A DNA stretch of 41,238 bases, from the NCBI GenBank assembly GCA_036519935.1, contig DATDKO010000129.1, forward strand, positions 1 to 41,238, written 5' to 3'. Origin of the DNA: Rubrobacter sp. (GTDB taxonomy: Bacteria; Actinomycetota; Rubrobacteria; Rubrobacterales; Rubrobacteraceae). Under the pieces are notes generated by a model, which worked only from the letters and a program-made list of their open reading frames with translations, was not told where the DNA came from and did no database searches. Shown piece after piece: positions 18,354-26,596 of the stretch (its first letter is position 1; each line of letters begins with the position of its first letter). The position numbers and the translations under genes are program-made.

Positions 18354-19619
18354 TCATTGACCGTCCGCGGTAAACGTCCTTATGGCGTTGAGCATGATCT
18401 CGGCCCCGAGGGCCGCGTCCGCCGGCTCCGCGTCCTCCTCTGGCGAGTGGCTAATGCCGTCCTTGCACGGGACGAAGACCATGGCGCTCGGGACGCGGTC
18501 CGCGATGCTCATCGTGTCGTGAGCCGCGCCCGAGTGCATCGCCATATACGGCTCGCCGCTCGCCTCCGCCGCCTCCTCCAGCGCAGCCACCACGCGCCCG
18601 TCCAGCGGCGTCGCCGACAGGGTCTGGCGCTGCGCGTACCCGGCGCTCATGCCGCGCTTCTCGGCGGCTTCTTTCGCGAAGGCGGCAATGTCGCGCGCGA
18701 CGCCGCGGAAGCCGTCTTCGTCCACGCCCCGGATGTCGAGCGAGAAGCGGGCCCGGCCCGGAACGGCGTTTATGAGGTTGGGGCGAAGCTCGATCTCCCC
18801 GACCGTCCCGACCGTCCCTTTCCCGGCCTCCTTCGCGAGGCGCTCCAGCTCGAGCATGCACTCTGCCATAACGATGCCGGCGTCCTGGCGGAAGTCCATG
18901 GGTGTCGCCCCGGCGTGATCGCCGCGCCCGTGGACGGTGATGTCGGCGTGAACGTAGCCTGCTATGGCGTTGACCACGCCTATCCGATTCTGCGTGTCCT
19001 GGAGCACGCGCGCCTGCTCGATGTGAAGCTCGATCCAACCGATGAGGTCGTCGAGCATGCGGATCGAGTCTTGCCAACGCTCCGGTTCGTAGCCGGCCTC
19101 TTCGGCGTGCTCCCAGAAGCTGCGCCCGTCGTCTACGGCGCGAAACTTCTCGCGGAGCTCCTCCTCCGTCACCCTCTGCGCGATGATGCGGCTCCCCAGC
19201 AGCATCTGGCCGAAGCCCGAGCCTTCTTCTTCGAGAAAAGAGATGAGTTGAAGCGGAAGATCGAGCCCAAGCTCCTCGTTGAGGCGGCAGACCTCGAGCG
19301 CGGTTACGACGCCCATCGTGCCGTCGTACTTGCCGCCGTTGCGGTTCGAGTCGCAGTGCGAGCCGACGCCGAACACCTTCTCGCCCGCCGAGCGGTTCCG
19401 GGCGACGAGCGTCCCCACGGGATCCTCGTAGTGCTCGAAACCCAGAGTTTCCAGCTCCCCAATAAAGTAGTCCAAAGTCTTGCGGTACTCGGGCGTGTAA
19501 GCGTAGCGCATGATGGACTCGGAGGAGCGCGTGAAATCGGGGCCCGCGAGGGTCTCTATGTCGCGCTCTATCCGCTCCGCGCTCTTCTTGCGATCTATGG
19601 TCATCGGTTGGGTCGCCAT
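18354..19619 (-). CDS. M20 Zn amidohydrolase (N-carbamoyl-amino acid/allantoate amidohydrolase family)
   Basis: GSHCDS, GGKYDG, EEEG, ELHIEQ, HAGATPM, SGAAHD, GISHSP.E. Confidence 0.92.
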   Translation of the reverse strand: MATQPMTIDRKKSAERIERDIETLAGPDFTRSSESIMRYAYTPEYRKTLDYFIGELETLGFEHYEDPVGTLVARNRSAGEKVFGVGSHCDSNRNGGKYDGTMGVVTALEVCRLNEELGLDLPLQLISFLEEEGSGFGQMLLGSRIIAQRVTEEELREKFRAVDDGRSFWEHAEEAGYEPERWQDSIRMLDDLIGWIELHIEQARVLQDTQNRIGVVNAIAGYVHADITVHGRGDHAGATPMDFRQDAGIVMAECMLELERLAKEAGKGTVGTVGEIELRPNLINAVPGRARFSLDIRGVDEDGFRGVARDIAAFAKEAAEKRGMSAGYAQRQTLSATPLDGRVVAALEEAAEASGEPYMAMHSGAAHDTMSIADRVPSAMVFVPCKDGISHSPEEDAEPADAALGAEIMLNAIRTFTADGQ

Positions 19620-19642
19620 AAACTTCTCCCTATCTCATCTGC

Positions 19643-20668
19643 CTACGATGACACCGGAACGTCGAGCCAGGAATCGAAAGAATTCCGGATCTCCTCCCTA
19701 GTCGCCCCGGCTCTGAGGAGCAGGGCGAGGTAGAGTCGGGCCTTCAAACCGTCGAGTGGACCGGCGTAGATGAGTCCGCGCTCTAGCATGTCCATCTCGG
19801 AGCCGATGAACCCGTAGGTAGAGCGGAGGACCTCGCCGCCCCCGGTTCGCGAGGCCAGGATTACCGGCATCTTCACGGCGAGATCTTCGAGAGCATCCAC
19901 CGTGATGGAGGGAACGTGCCCGCCGCCAAGGGCCTCTACCACGAGCCCGGCGTATCCCTGCCGTTCTATCTCGGGAAGCAGCCTCCCATCGTCGCCCAGA
20001 GTGAAGGTGTGCAGCGCCACGGGACGGTCCTGTGCGTCTCCGGGCAGCGTTATCTTGTGCCGTCCGACCGGGCGTACAACCACCCTGGGAACGTCCTCGG
20101 AGATCCAGCCTACCGGCCCGACCGGATCGGAGCGGAAGGTCGCCGGGTTCGAGGTGTGCGTCTTGCGCACGAACCGCGCCGCGTGGATCTCGTCGTTTAG
20201 GACGACTACTGCGCCAAGCTCCCGAGCCGCCTCGCTCGCCGCAACCTGAATTGAAGCCAGCAGGTTGGCCGGGCCGTCGGCGCCGGGGAGCGTGGGGTTG
20301 CGCATCGCCCCCGTGACCACCACGGGAGCGTCGCGATCCACCAGAAGGTCCAACACGAAAGCTGTCTCCTCTATGGTGTCGGTGCCCTGCGTGACGACCG
20401 CCCCGCTCGCCCCCTCGTCGATGCGGTCCTCGATCTCCGACGCGAGCTCGACGAGATCATCCACCGTCAACTCCCCGGACGCAGCCTGACGGAACGAGAT
20501 CGCCGAGACCTCGGCAACCTCCGCTATCTCGGGCACGTCCGAGATCAGCGCCTCCCCGGTCAGCGTTGGCTCTACGCCTTTCCCCCCGGAATCGGTTGAA
20601 GAGATGGTTCCCCCCAGAGACAAAACCGCCACCCGCGGAAGCGCCAAGGCTCCTCCTCTCGTCTCCAC
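19643..20668 (-). CDS. Asparaginase/glutaminase family amidohydrolase
   Basis: LGGTI, QGTDTIEETA, TGAMR, ADGPANL, RKTHT. Confidence 0.9.
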   Translation of the reverse strand: METRGGALALPRVAVLSLGGTISSTDSGGKGVEPTLTGEALISDVPEIAEVAEVSAISFRQAASGELTVDDLVELASEIEDRIDEGASGAVVTQGTDTIEETAFVLDLLVDRDAPVVVTGAMRNPTLPGADGPANLLASIQVAASEAARELGAVVVLNDEIHAARFVRKTHTSNPATFRSDPVGPVGWISEDVPRVVVRPVGRHKITLPGDAQDRPVALHTFTLGDDGRLLPEIERQGYAGLVVEALGGGHVPSITVDALEDLAVKMPVILASRTGGGEVLRSTYGFIGSEMDMLERGLIYAGPLDGLKARLYLALLLRAGATREEIRNSFDSWLDVPVSS

Positions 20669-20678
20669 TTTACCCCAT

Positions 20679-20801
20679 TAGTCTGACAAAGATATTAACG
20701 GGGCTGGAAGCGCCGATCAAACGCCGGGCGGGTACGCGAGAGACGGTATCTCGGGTTGAGCGTGAACGTCGGTCTCTTGTAGAATTACTTTGGTCAGACA
20801 A
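20679..20801. promoter_or_regulatory. Divergent promoter region with two FadR-type operators
   Basis: TAGTCTGACAA (20679-20689) and TGGTCAGACAA (20791-20801); rightward TTGAGC, 18 bp, TAGAAT (20756-20785). Confidence 0.65.
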
Positions 20802-20832
20802 AAGGGGAAGATGAAAGAGAAAGGTGGGGTGT

Positions 20833-21783
20833 ATGGCCGAGAAGGAAATCTTTTGCTCCATCGGCATCGACATCGACGCCGTTGCAGGCTGGCTCGGGTC
20901 CTACGGCGGTGAAGACTCACCCGACGACATCTCGAGGGGCATGTTCTCTGGCGAGGTAGGTACGCCGCGGTTGCTCAAGCTCTTCGAGAAGTACGACCTG
21001 AGGACGACCTGGTTCATCCCGGGGCACTCCATCGAGACGTTCCCGGATCAGGTAAAGATGGTCGTTGACGCTGGGCACGAGGTCGGGAGCCACGGCTACT
21101 CCCACGAGAACCCGGTGGCGATGACGCCGCAGCAGGAGAGGGACGTACTGGAGAAGTGCCTGGAGCTGATCGAGAACGTGGCAGGCAGGAAGCCGGTCGG
21201 CAACGTGGCACCGTGGTGGGAGGTCTCCGCCACGACCAACGAGCTTCTTCTCGAGTACGACTACAAGTACGACCACAGTCTCCAGCACCGCGACTTCACC
21301 CCGTACTACGCGCGGGTGGGCGACTCGTGGACCAAGATCGACTACTCCAAGGCGGCCGAGGAGTGGATGAAGCCGCTCGTGCGCGGCGAGGAGATAGACC
21401 TCGTCAAGATCGGGGGCAACTGGTACCTCGACGACCTGCCGCCGATGATGTTCATCAAGGGCTCTCCGAACAGCCACGGCTTCGTCAACCCGCACGACAT
21501 CGAGGAGCTGTGGCGCGACGAGTTCGACTGGGTCTACCGGGAGATGGACTACGCGACGTACTGCCTGACCATCCACCCGGATGTGTGCGGCCGGCCGCAG
21601 TGTCTGCTGATGCTCGAAAGGTTGATCGACTACATCAACGGCCACGACGGCATCCGCTGGACGACGATGGAGGAGATCGCCGACGACTTCGTCCAGCGCT
21701 ACCCGAGGTCCCAGCCGAACCACGACCCTGGCATCAACATGTACGGCGTCGAGACCCCGGCCGCGGAAGGGGCCTCCTCCTAG
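20833..21783 (+). CDS. Polysaccharide deacetylase (CE4) family, PuuE/HpPgdA-like cyclic amide hydrolase candidate
   Basis: [30 protein letters not shown] metal motif, TIHPDV.GRP; no signal peptide. Confidence 0.88.
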   Translation: MAEKEIFCSIGIDIDAVAGWLGSYGGEDSPDDISRGMFSGEVGTPRLLKLFEKYDLRTTWFIPGHSIETFPDQVKMVVDAGHEVGSHGYSHENPVAMTPQQERDVLEKCLELIENVAGRKPVGNVAPWWEVSATTNELLLEYDYKYDHSLQHRDFTPYYARVGDSWTKIDYSKAAEEWMKPLVRGEEIDLVKIGGNWYLDDLPPMMFIKGSPNSHGFVNPHDIEELWRDEFDWVYREMDYATYCLTIHPDVCGRPQCLLMLERLIDYINGHDGIRWTTMEEIADDFVQRYPRSQPNHDPGINMYGVETPAAEGASS

Positions 21784-21795
21784 GAGACTTCTTCT

Positions 21796-22167
21796 ATGTG
21801 CGTGCTTTGCGGACAGGATTTCGTCGCTCGGGTCCACTGGACCGACCGGCACGTCGAGGACCGGGCGCGGGCTGCCGTGCCCGGCTTCGACCCGGTCGCG
21901 TTCCAGGGCGACCGGCGCCGTGACCGCGCCCACCGGGTCGTCCTCACCAACGAGGTGCTGCGCCACTACGGCCTCCGCGTCGATGACTGGAGCGGGAGCA
22001 AGTACGTGCTCCGCGACCGCAAAGGGCGTTCGGAGATCATCCAGGACCTCGGCTCCCTCTGGCCCGCCGCGGAGAAGCTCGCGGGCCGGACCCTAGATCC
22101 CCTGGATCCGGTCCTGCGGGAGATGCTGGGCAGAGAGCCGGCGTTCGCCGCGGCGGACAGCGGGTAG
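21796..22167 (+). CDS. Hypothetical protein with N-terminal CxxC (MCVLCG)
   Basis: GC3-rich ORF with RBS AGGAG; 12 bp after the deacetylase and 4 bp before the COG0523 gene. Confidence 0.8.
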   Translation: MCVLCGQDFVARVHWTDRHVEDRARAAVPGFDPVAFQGDRRRDRAHRVVLTNEVLRHYGLRVDDWSGSKYVLRDRKGRSEIIQDLGSLWPAAEKLAGRTLDPLDPVLREMLGREPAFAAADSG

Positions 22168-22171
22168 GCCC

Positions 22172-23200
22172 ATGGAGGGCAAGACCAGGCGTCCGGTGAC
22201 GGTCGTTACCGGCTTCCTCGGCAGCGGCAAGACGACCCTTCTCGCGAGGGTGCTCTCGGCGCCGTCGATGGCCAACACGGCCGTCCTCGTCAACGAGTTC
22301 GGCGAGGTGGGGCTCGACCACCACCTCCTGCGCCGGGTGGATGAGCGCACGGTCTTGCTCGGGAGCGGTTGTGTCTGCTGCACCACCCGGGAGGACCTCG
22401 TCGGAGCGCTCATGGAGCTCCTCGACATGGACCAGAGGGGCGAGATACCGCGGCTGGATCGCGTCGTCATCGAGACGACCGGCCTGGCGGACCCGGCCCC
22501 TATCCTCCACACCATCTATGCCGACCCCGTCCTGCAGCACCACTTCTCTGTAGACCTGGTACTCACCACCGTGGACGCGGTCAACGGCGCCCTGCACCTC
22601 GACCGCAACCCGGAGTCGGTCAAGCAGGTCGCGGCGGCAGATAAGGTCGTCGTGACCAAGACGGACATAGCGGAGCCGGGCATCGTACCGGGCCTGCTGT
22701 CCCGGCTGGGCAAGATCAACCCGTCAGCCTGGACCTGCGAGGCGGCTTTCGGCGAGGTGGACGTCCACGAGCTCTTTCGCCCGGATGGCGCGGGAACGCA
22801 CGCGGCGCCGGCGGCCTTTACTGCGGAGTCCGGCGATCCTCACGACGTGGGCGACACGCACTCCGTCTCGGTGACGTTCGACGGGGCCATCGACTGGACG
22901 GCGTTCGGGATCTGGTTCAGCATGCTGCTGAATGCCCGGGGTGAGGACGTGTTGCGTGTCAAAGGACTTCTTGACGTCGGCGAGGCAGGGCCTGTCGTCA
23001 TCAACGGCGTGCAGCACATAATCCATCCGCCGGAGCACCTCGGCGAGTGGCCCGACGAGGACCGCCGGTCCCGGATAATCTTCATCACCAGGTACATCCA
23101 TCCCGAAGAGTTGTTGGACTCCCTGCTCGCTTTCCGCGGGTTGCTCGGAGCGCGACCCTTACCCCTCCACGCCGCCGAGCAGAGAGTACCGTTCCCCTAG
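22172..23200 (+). CDS. COG0523/CobW family G3E GTPase metallochaperone
   Basis: TGFLGSGKTT, NEFGE, GCVCC, IETTGLADP, TKTD; CobW_C LRVKG. Confidence 0.93.
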   Translation: MEGKTRRPVTVVTGFLGSGKTTLLARVLSAPSMANTAVLVNEFGEVGLDHHLLRRVDERTVLLGSGCVCCTTREDLVGALMELLDMDQRGEIPRLDRVVIETTGLADPAPILHTIYADPVLQHHFSVDLVLTTVDAVNGALHLDRNPESVKQVAAADKVVVTKTDIAEPGIVPGLLSRLGKINPSAWTCEAAFGEVDVHELFRPDGAGTHAAPAAFTAESGDPHDVGDTHSVSVTFDGAIDWTAFGIWFSMLLNARGEDVLRVKGLLDVGEAGPVVINGVQHIIHPPEHLGEWPDEDRRSRIIFITRYIHPEELLDSLLAFRGLLGARPLPLHAAEQRVPFP

Positions 23201-23266
23201 TCGCTTGAAGGATCTCGCAAAATGGTCGTGGAACCATCAGCCACGCCGGTCGAGTGGCGTGGGGTC

Positions 23267-23713
23267 TCAGTGAAAGTCGCCCGGCGACCGCCAACCTTCG
23301 GGAATGCTCGTTCCAGCAGGCGCCACCGACACCTGGGGAGGGCGGCCGGCGATGAGCGTGGTAAAGACCACACCAATAGGAGTTCCGACCCGATCGCGGA
23401 CGCTGCACGCGAGCATGAGCCTGGGGGTCCCCCCGACGCTCTGGGGTCCGGCCGTGACGCCGGGGTAGGGCGGATCGAAGCGGAGACTGTACGCGCGCTC
23501 GATCGTGCCCGCTCCCTCGCTCACCCCGCAGGCCAGATCCAGGAGTTCCCCGACGCTAACGTTGGCAGCGAGGCTGCTTCCCAGGTGCCGCCGGGCCTTC
23601 GTGGTCAGCGCCGCGGATATGAGGAGGCGTCTCCTCTCGAGGTCGAGGGTAGGATCCATGCGCAAGATGTGCTCGCTCGTACGTGGCGGGTCGCCCACTC
23701 TCCTGCCAATCAT
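23267..23713 (-). CDS. Hypothetical protein
   Basis: Strong GC3 codon bias in this frame; start at ATG 23713 or GTG 23698; no recognisable motif. Confidence 0.55.
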   Translation of the reverse strand: MIGRRVGDPPRTSEHILRMDPTLDLERRRLLISAALTTKARRHLGSSLAANVSVGELLDLACGVSEGAGTIERAYSLRFDPPYPGVTAGPQSVGGTPRLMLACSVRDRVGTPIGVVFTTLIAGRPPQVSVAPAGTSIPEGWRSPGDFH

Positions 23714-24129
23714 TCTAACGATACCGTCTCCATCTCGTTCCAATAGAACGCCAGGTAATCAGCAAGCGGCGGAGCAGAGTCTATCGGGTCAGGGTAGCCC
23801 CACACGGCATTCTCCGCGACGCGGTCGCCGACCCTCACAGACCAGTAGAACGCTTCACCCTTGAAAGGGCATTGCGTCGTGTGGTTTGTGGCCTGGAGAA
23901 GGTCCATCCGCACGCCCTCTCTGGGGAAGTAGTAGACTGGCAGGTGTCCCTGTTCGTGCAAGAGCTTTACCCGCCTGCTGTCAGCTACGGTCTCGCCGTC
24001 GAACATTACCCGCACCCGGCGTGGAGAGTCCTCGAAGAACAGCACGTGGTCTCTGGGTGCCTGCACCTCGAAATTGAACGTCTTGTCGCCCTGGTCGCCG
24101 AACGGTCCCGTCCCGATCGTAAGGGTCAT
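23710..24129 (-). pseudogene. DUF427 tandem-domain protein, N-terminal half
   Basis: SPRRVRV, LPVYYFP, CPFKG, AVWGYPDP, LAFYWN, then a short unrelated tail; RBS GAGGAG. Confidence 0.8.
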
Positions 24130-24400
24130 CGCTCCTCTCCTCTCTAGCGGCCGCAGCTCGACAAAAGCAGCTGGCAGACCCGCATCTTCCGGCCTTTATA
24201 GTACACGCGCACAATGGGTCGGGTGACCTACTCAGAATTACCCGGCTTGGCGTGGTCCAAATATCCGACGATAACGCTGCCCGTGCGGACGATCATTCGA
24301 GAGACAGGGCACTCAGTATCTCCACCGGTTCATCCGTGACACGCCAGGTGGACAGCGGATACAGTTAGAGTCGTACTGGACTTCGATGCGGTAAAGGGGC

Positions 24401-25111
24401 GTGAGGTTTTTGAGCAACGAAAGCGAAGATGTCATCCGCGTGGCGGTAGTGGACGACCAGCGGCTCTTCACCAGGGGTATCTCCGGCCTCGTAGACATGT
24501 TGCCCGGCGTTGAGGTGGTGGGTGTAGCCTACGACGGCGAGGAGGCCATCGCGCTCTGCCGCAAGGAAGAGCCGGATGTCGTCCTGATGGACATCTCCAT
24601 GCCGAAAATGGACGGTATCAGCGCCACGCGCGAGATCAAGGCTCTTCTGCCGCAGACCGCGGTCGTCATCCTCACGGGCCACGAGGAAGACGAGCACGTC
24701 TTCGAGGGCATAAAGGCGGGCGCGCAAGGCTATCTGCTAAAGGACTCAGAACCCGAAGATCTCTCGCGTGCGATCCACACGGTCTACACGGGGGATACCA
24801 TAGTCGCCCCAGACCTCGCCCAAAAGATGCTAAGCACCTTCGAGGGCGGCAGGCCAGGGGGGGCTCATCTCACTCCTCCGCTGACCGAGAGGGAGCTCGA
24901 AGTCATAAAGGCCCTGGGCCAGGGCATGAGCGACAGGCAGATAGCCCACGCTTTAGGTATCTCGGAGAAGACGGTCAGGAACCACACTTCCAACATCTAC
25001 AGGAAGCTGCACATCTTCGACAGAACCCAGGCGGTCATCTACGCCGTGAGGGAAGGCGTCATAGACGTCGGGGATCTGGAGTACCGCCCCCCACGGGAAC
25101 CCTTACCATAA
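24401..25111 (+). CDS. NarL/LuxR-family response regulator
   Basis: REC with VDD, MDISMP (phospho-Asp), LT and LLK; LuxR HTH LTERELEV...ISEKTVRNH..NIYRKL; start may be TTG 24410. Confidence 0.93.
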   Translation: MRFLSNESEDVIRVAVVDDQRLFTRGISGLVDMLPGVEVVGVAYDGEEAIALCRKEEPDVVLMDISMPKMDGISATREIKALLPQTAVVILTGHEEDEHVFEGIKAGAQGYLLKDSEPEDLSRAIHTVYTGDTIVAPDLAQKMLSTFEGGRPGGAHLTPPLTERELEVIKALGQGMSDRQIAHALGISEKTVRNHTSNIYRKLHIFDRTQAVIYAVREGVIDVGDLEYRPPREPLP

Positions 25112-26084
25112 CCTCTGTACCCTCACCGGGCCGGCTGCTGATCTCGATCTTCCCTCCCAGACCCTCGACACGCTCGCGCATGGCCGAGAGCCCGATACCA
25201 GTCCTGGCCGACCCAGGATCGAATCCCTGTCCATCGTCGGCGACCTCTATGAGAATCGCTTCGTCATCCGTCCGCAACCCCACCTCGACATTCCTCGCTG
25301 CGGAGTGACGCCGTATGTTCGCGAGGGCCTCCTGCAGTACGCGCAACAGCTCTACGCTCTGCTTTCCAGGGAGACTTATAGGGAACTCCTCCTCGACGAC
25401 TAACCGTATCTCGCGCTCTGGTGCCTGCTGGTTCAGCTCCACCAACGATTCGACGGACTCCAAGAACGGCCGCTCCTTCTCGTGCCTGAGGTCGTATATG
25501 GCGCTGCGCAGGCCTGAGCTCGTCCGCCCGAGGGCCTCGAGTTCCTCTTCGAAGTCGAGACTCATCCCGGATTTCTTGGCCTGCAGGTGGGTAAGCCGTA
25601 ACGACTGGAGCGCCCCCGAGAGGTCCTGCAGTACTATGTCGTGCAAATCCCGGGCTATCCTGCGCCGTTCGGCCCGACGGATCTCCGAAAGGATCTCCTC
25701 GGCCCTGATGCGCTCGGTAACGTCGTTCTGGACCCCGACAAAGTTGGTCATGCGCCCCTCTTCGTCCCGTACGGGGTAGATGCTGAGCTCGTTCCAGAAC
25801 AGGGTCCCGTCCTTGCGGTAGTTTCTGATCACAACGGTGCAGTGTCGCCTCTCGTAGACAGCGGCCCTGAGCTCCCCGAGTGCTGACTGGTCCCTGTCTT
25901 CGCGCTGCAAGAAACGGCAATTGCGGCCCAAGACCTCCTCGGCGGCGTAGCCAGTCGTCCTCTCGAAGGCGGGATTTACGTACACGATAGGGTCGTCAGG
26001 CTGGTTAGGGTCGGAGATCACGATGGAGTTGGTGCTAGCGGTCACCGCCCTTTCGAGCAAACGCAGCTTGTCAGGACCATCCAT
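25059..26084 (-). CDS. LOV-domain (blue-light) sensor histidine kinase, HisKA_3 type
   Basis: GRNCRFLQ with photoactive Cys, NYRKDG..FWN, FVGVQ, DVTE; ERRRIARDLHD H-box; QEALAN...H, DDGQGF, GIGL..MRER. Confidence 0.92.
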   Translation of the reverse strand: MDGPDKLRLLERAVTASTNSIVISDPNQPDDPIVYVNPAFERTTGYAAEEVLGRNCRFLQREDRDQSALGELRAAVYERRHCTVVIRNYRKDGTLFWNELSIYPVRDEEGRMTNFVGVQNDVTERIRAEEILSEIRRAERRRIARDLHDIVLQDLSGALQSLRLTHLQAKKSGMSLDFEEELEALGRTSSGLRSAIYDLRHEKERPFLESVESLVELNQQAPEREIRLVVEEEFPISLPGKQSVELLRVLQEALANIRRHSAARNVEVGLRTDDEAILIEVADDGQGFDPGSARTGIGLSAMRERVEGLGGKIEISSRPGEGTEVMVRVPVGGGTPDPRRL

Positions 26085-26309
26085 AGATTGCCCTCATCTG
26101 CGACACCACCCTCTACAAGTCGCCCATCAAACTAGCGTACGGTGCATACTCTACTTTATACACCTTAGGAGCGGACACTCGCCAGAGACAGCGTCCTCGG
26201 CACCACGCGAGCGCCTCCAAGCTAACGTCGCACAGCACAATCAGGGAAACGGCGCGGCGAACCAGACGCCTCCCCGGGGCGATCTGGGGCGAAGGCCTTA
26301 GGCGCAATT

Positions 26310-26530
26310 ACCCGGACGCAGGTAGGCGAAAAGTCCGATGGCACACGGACACTCCCGGCGCATACTCGTTCGTGAAATGTTCGTACTCGAGTACATCCAG
26401 CGGCACTTCTTGATCCTCCGACCCCGTTGCCGAGGAAGTGCCGTAGAAGGGCTCGGGAGGAGGCGACGCCAGGTCGCCGTACCCAGGAGGGGTACGTTCG
26501 CCGGATCAACCTGCCCAAACACGTTCGGGT
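26310..26530 (+). ncRNA. Candidate structured RNA upstream of the Crp-family gene (family unassigned)
   Basis: Nine mutually compatible helices found by eye (listed in the finding); G-U pairs favour the + strand. Confidence 0.55.
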
Positions 26531-26596
26531 CACACGAGTAAAGGGCAGCGTGAAGTGCGATGCGAGATTCAACGTTTCGAGAGGAGAGAACTCATC

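Noticed and set aside
14698-20668. Calling the operon canonical pyrimidine, allantoin, nicotinate or creatinine degradation
   Set aside because: Signature partners (dihydropyrimidine dehydrogenase, uricase, maleate isomerase, creatininase/HyuAB) are not in the window
26310-26530. Lysine riboswitch or hammerhead ribozyme assignment
   Set aside because: The junction topology is superficially similar, but the conserved cores (lysine riboswitch AGAGG-type P1 start; hammerhead CUGAUGA) were not found
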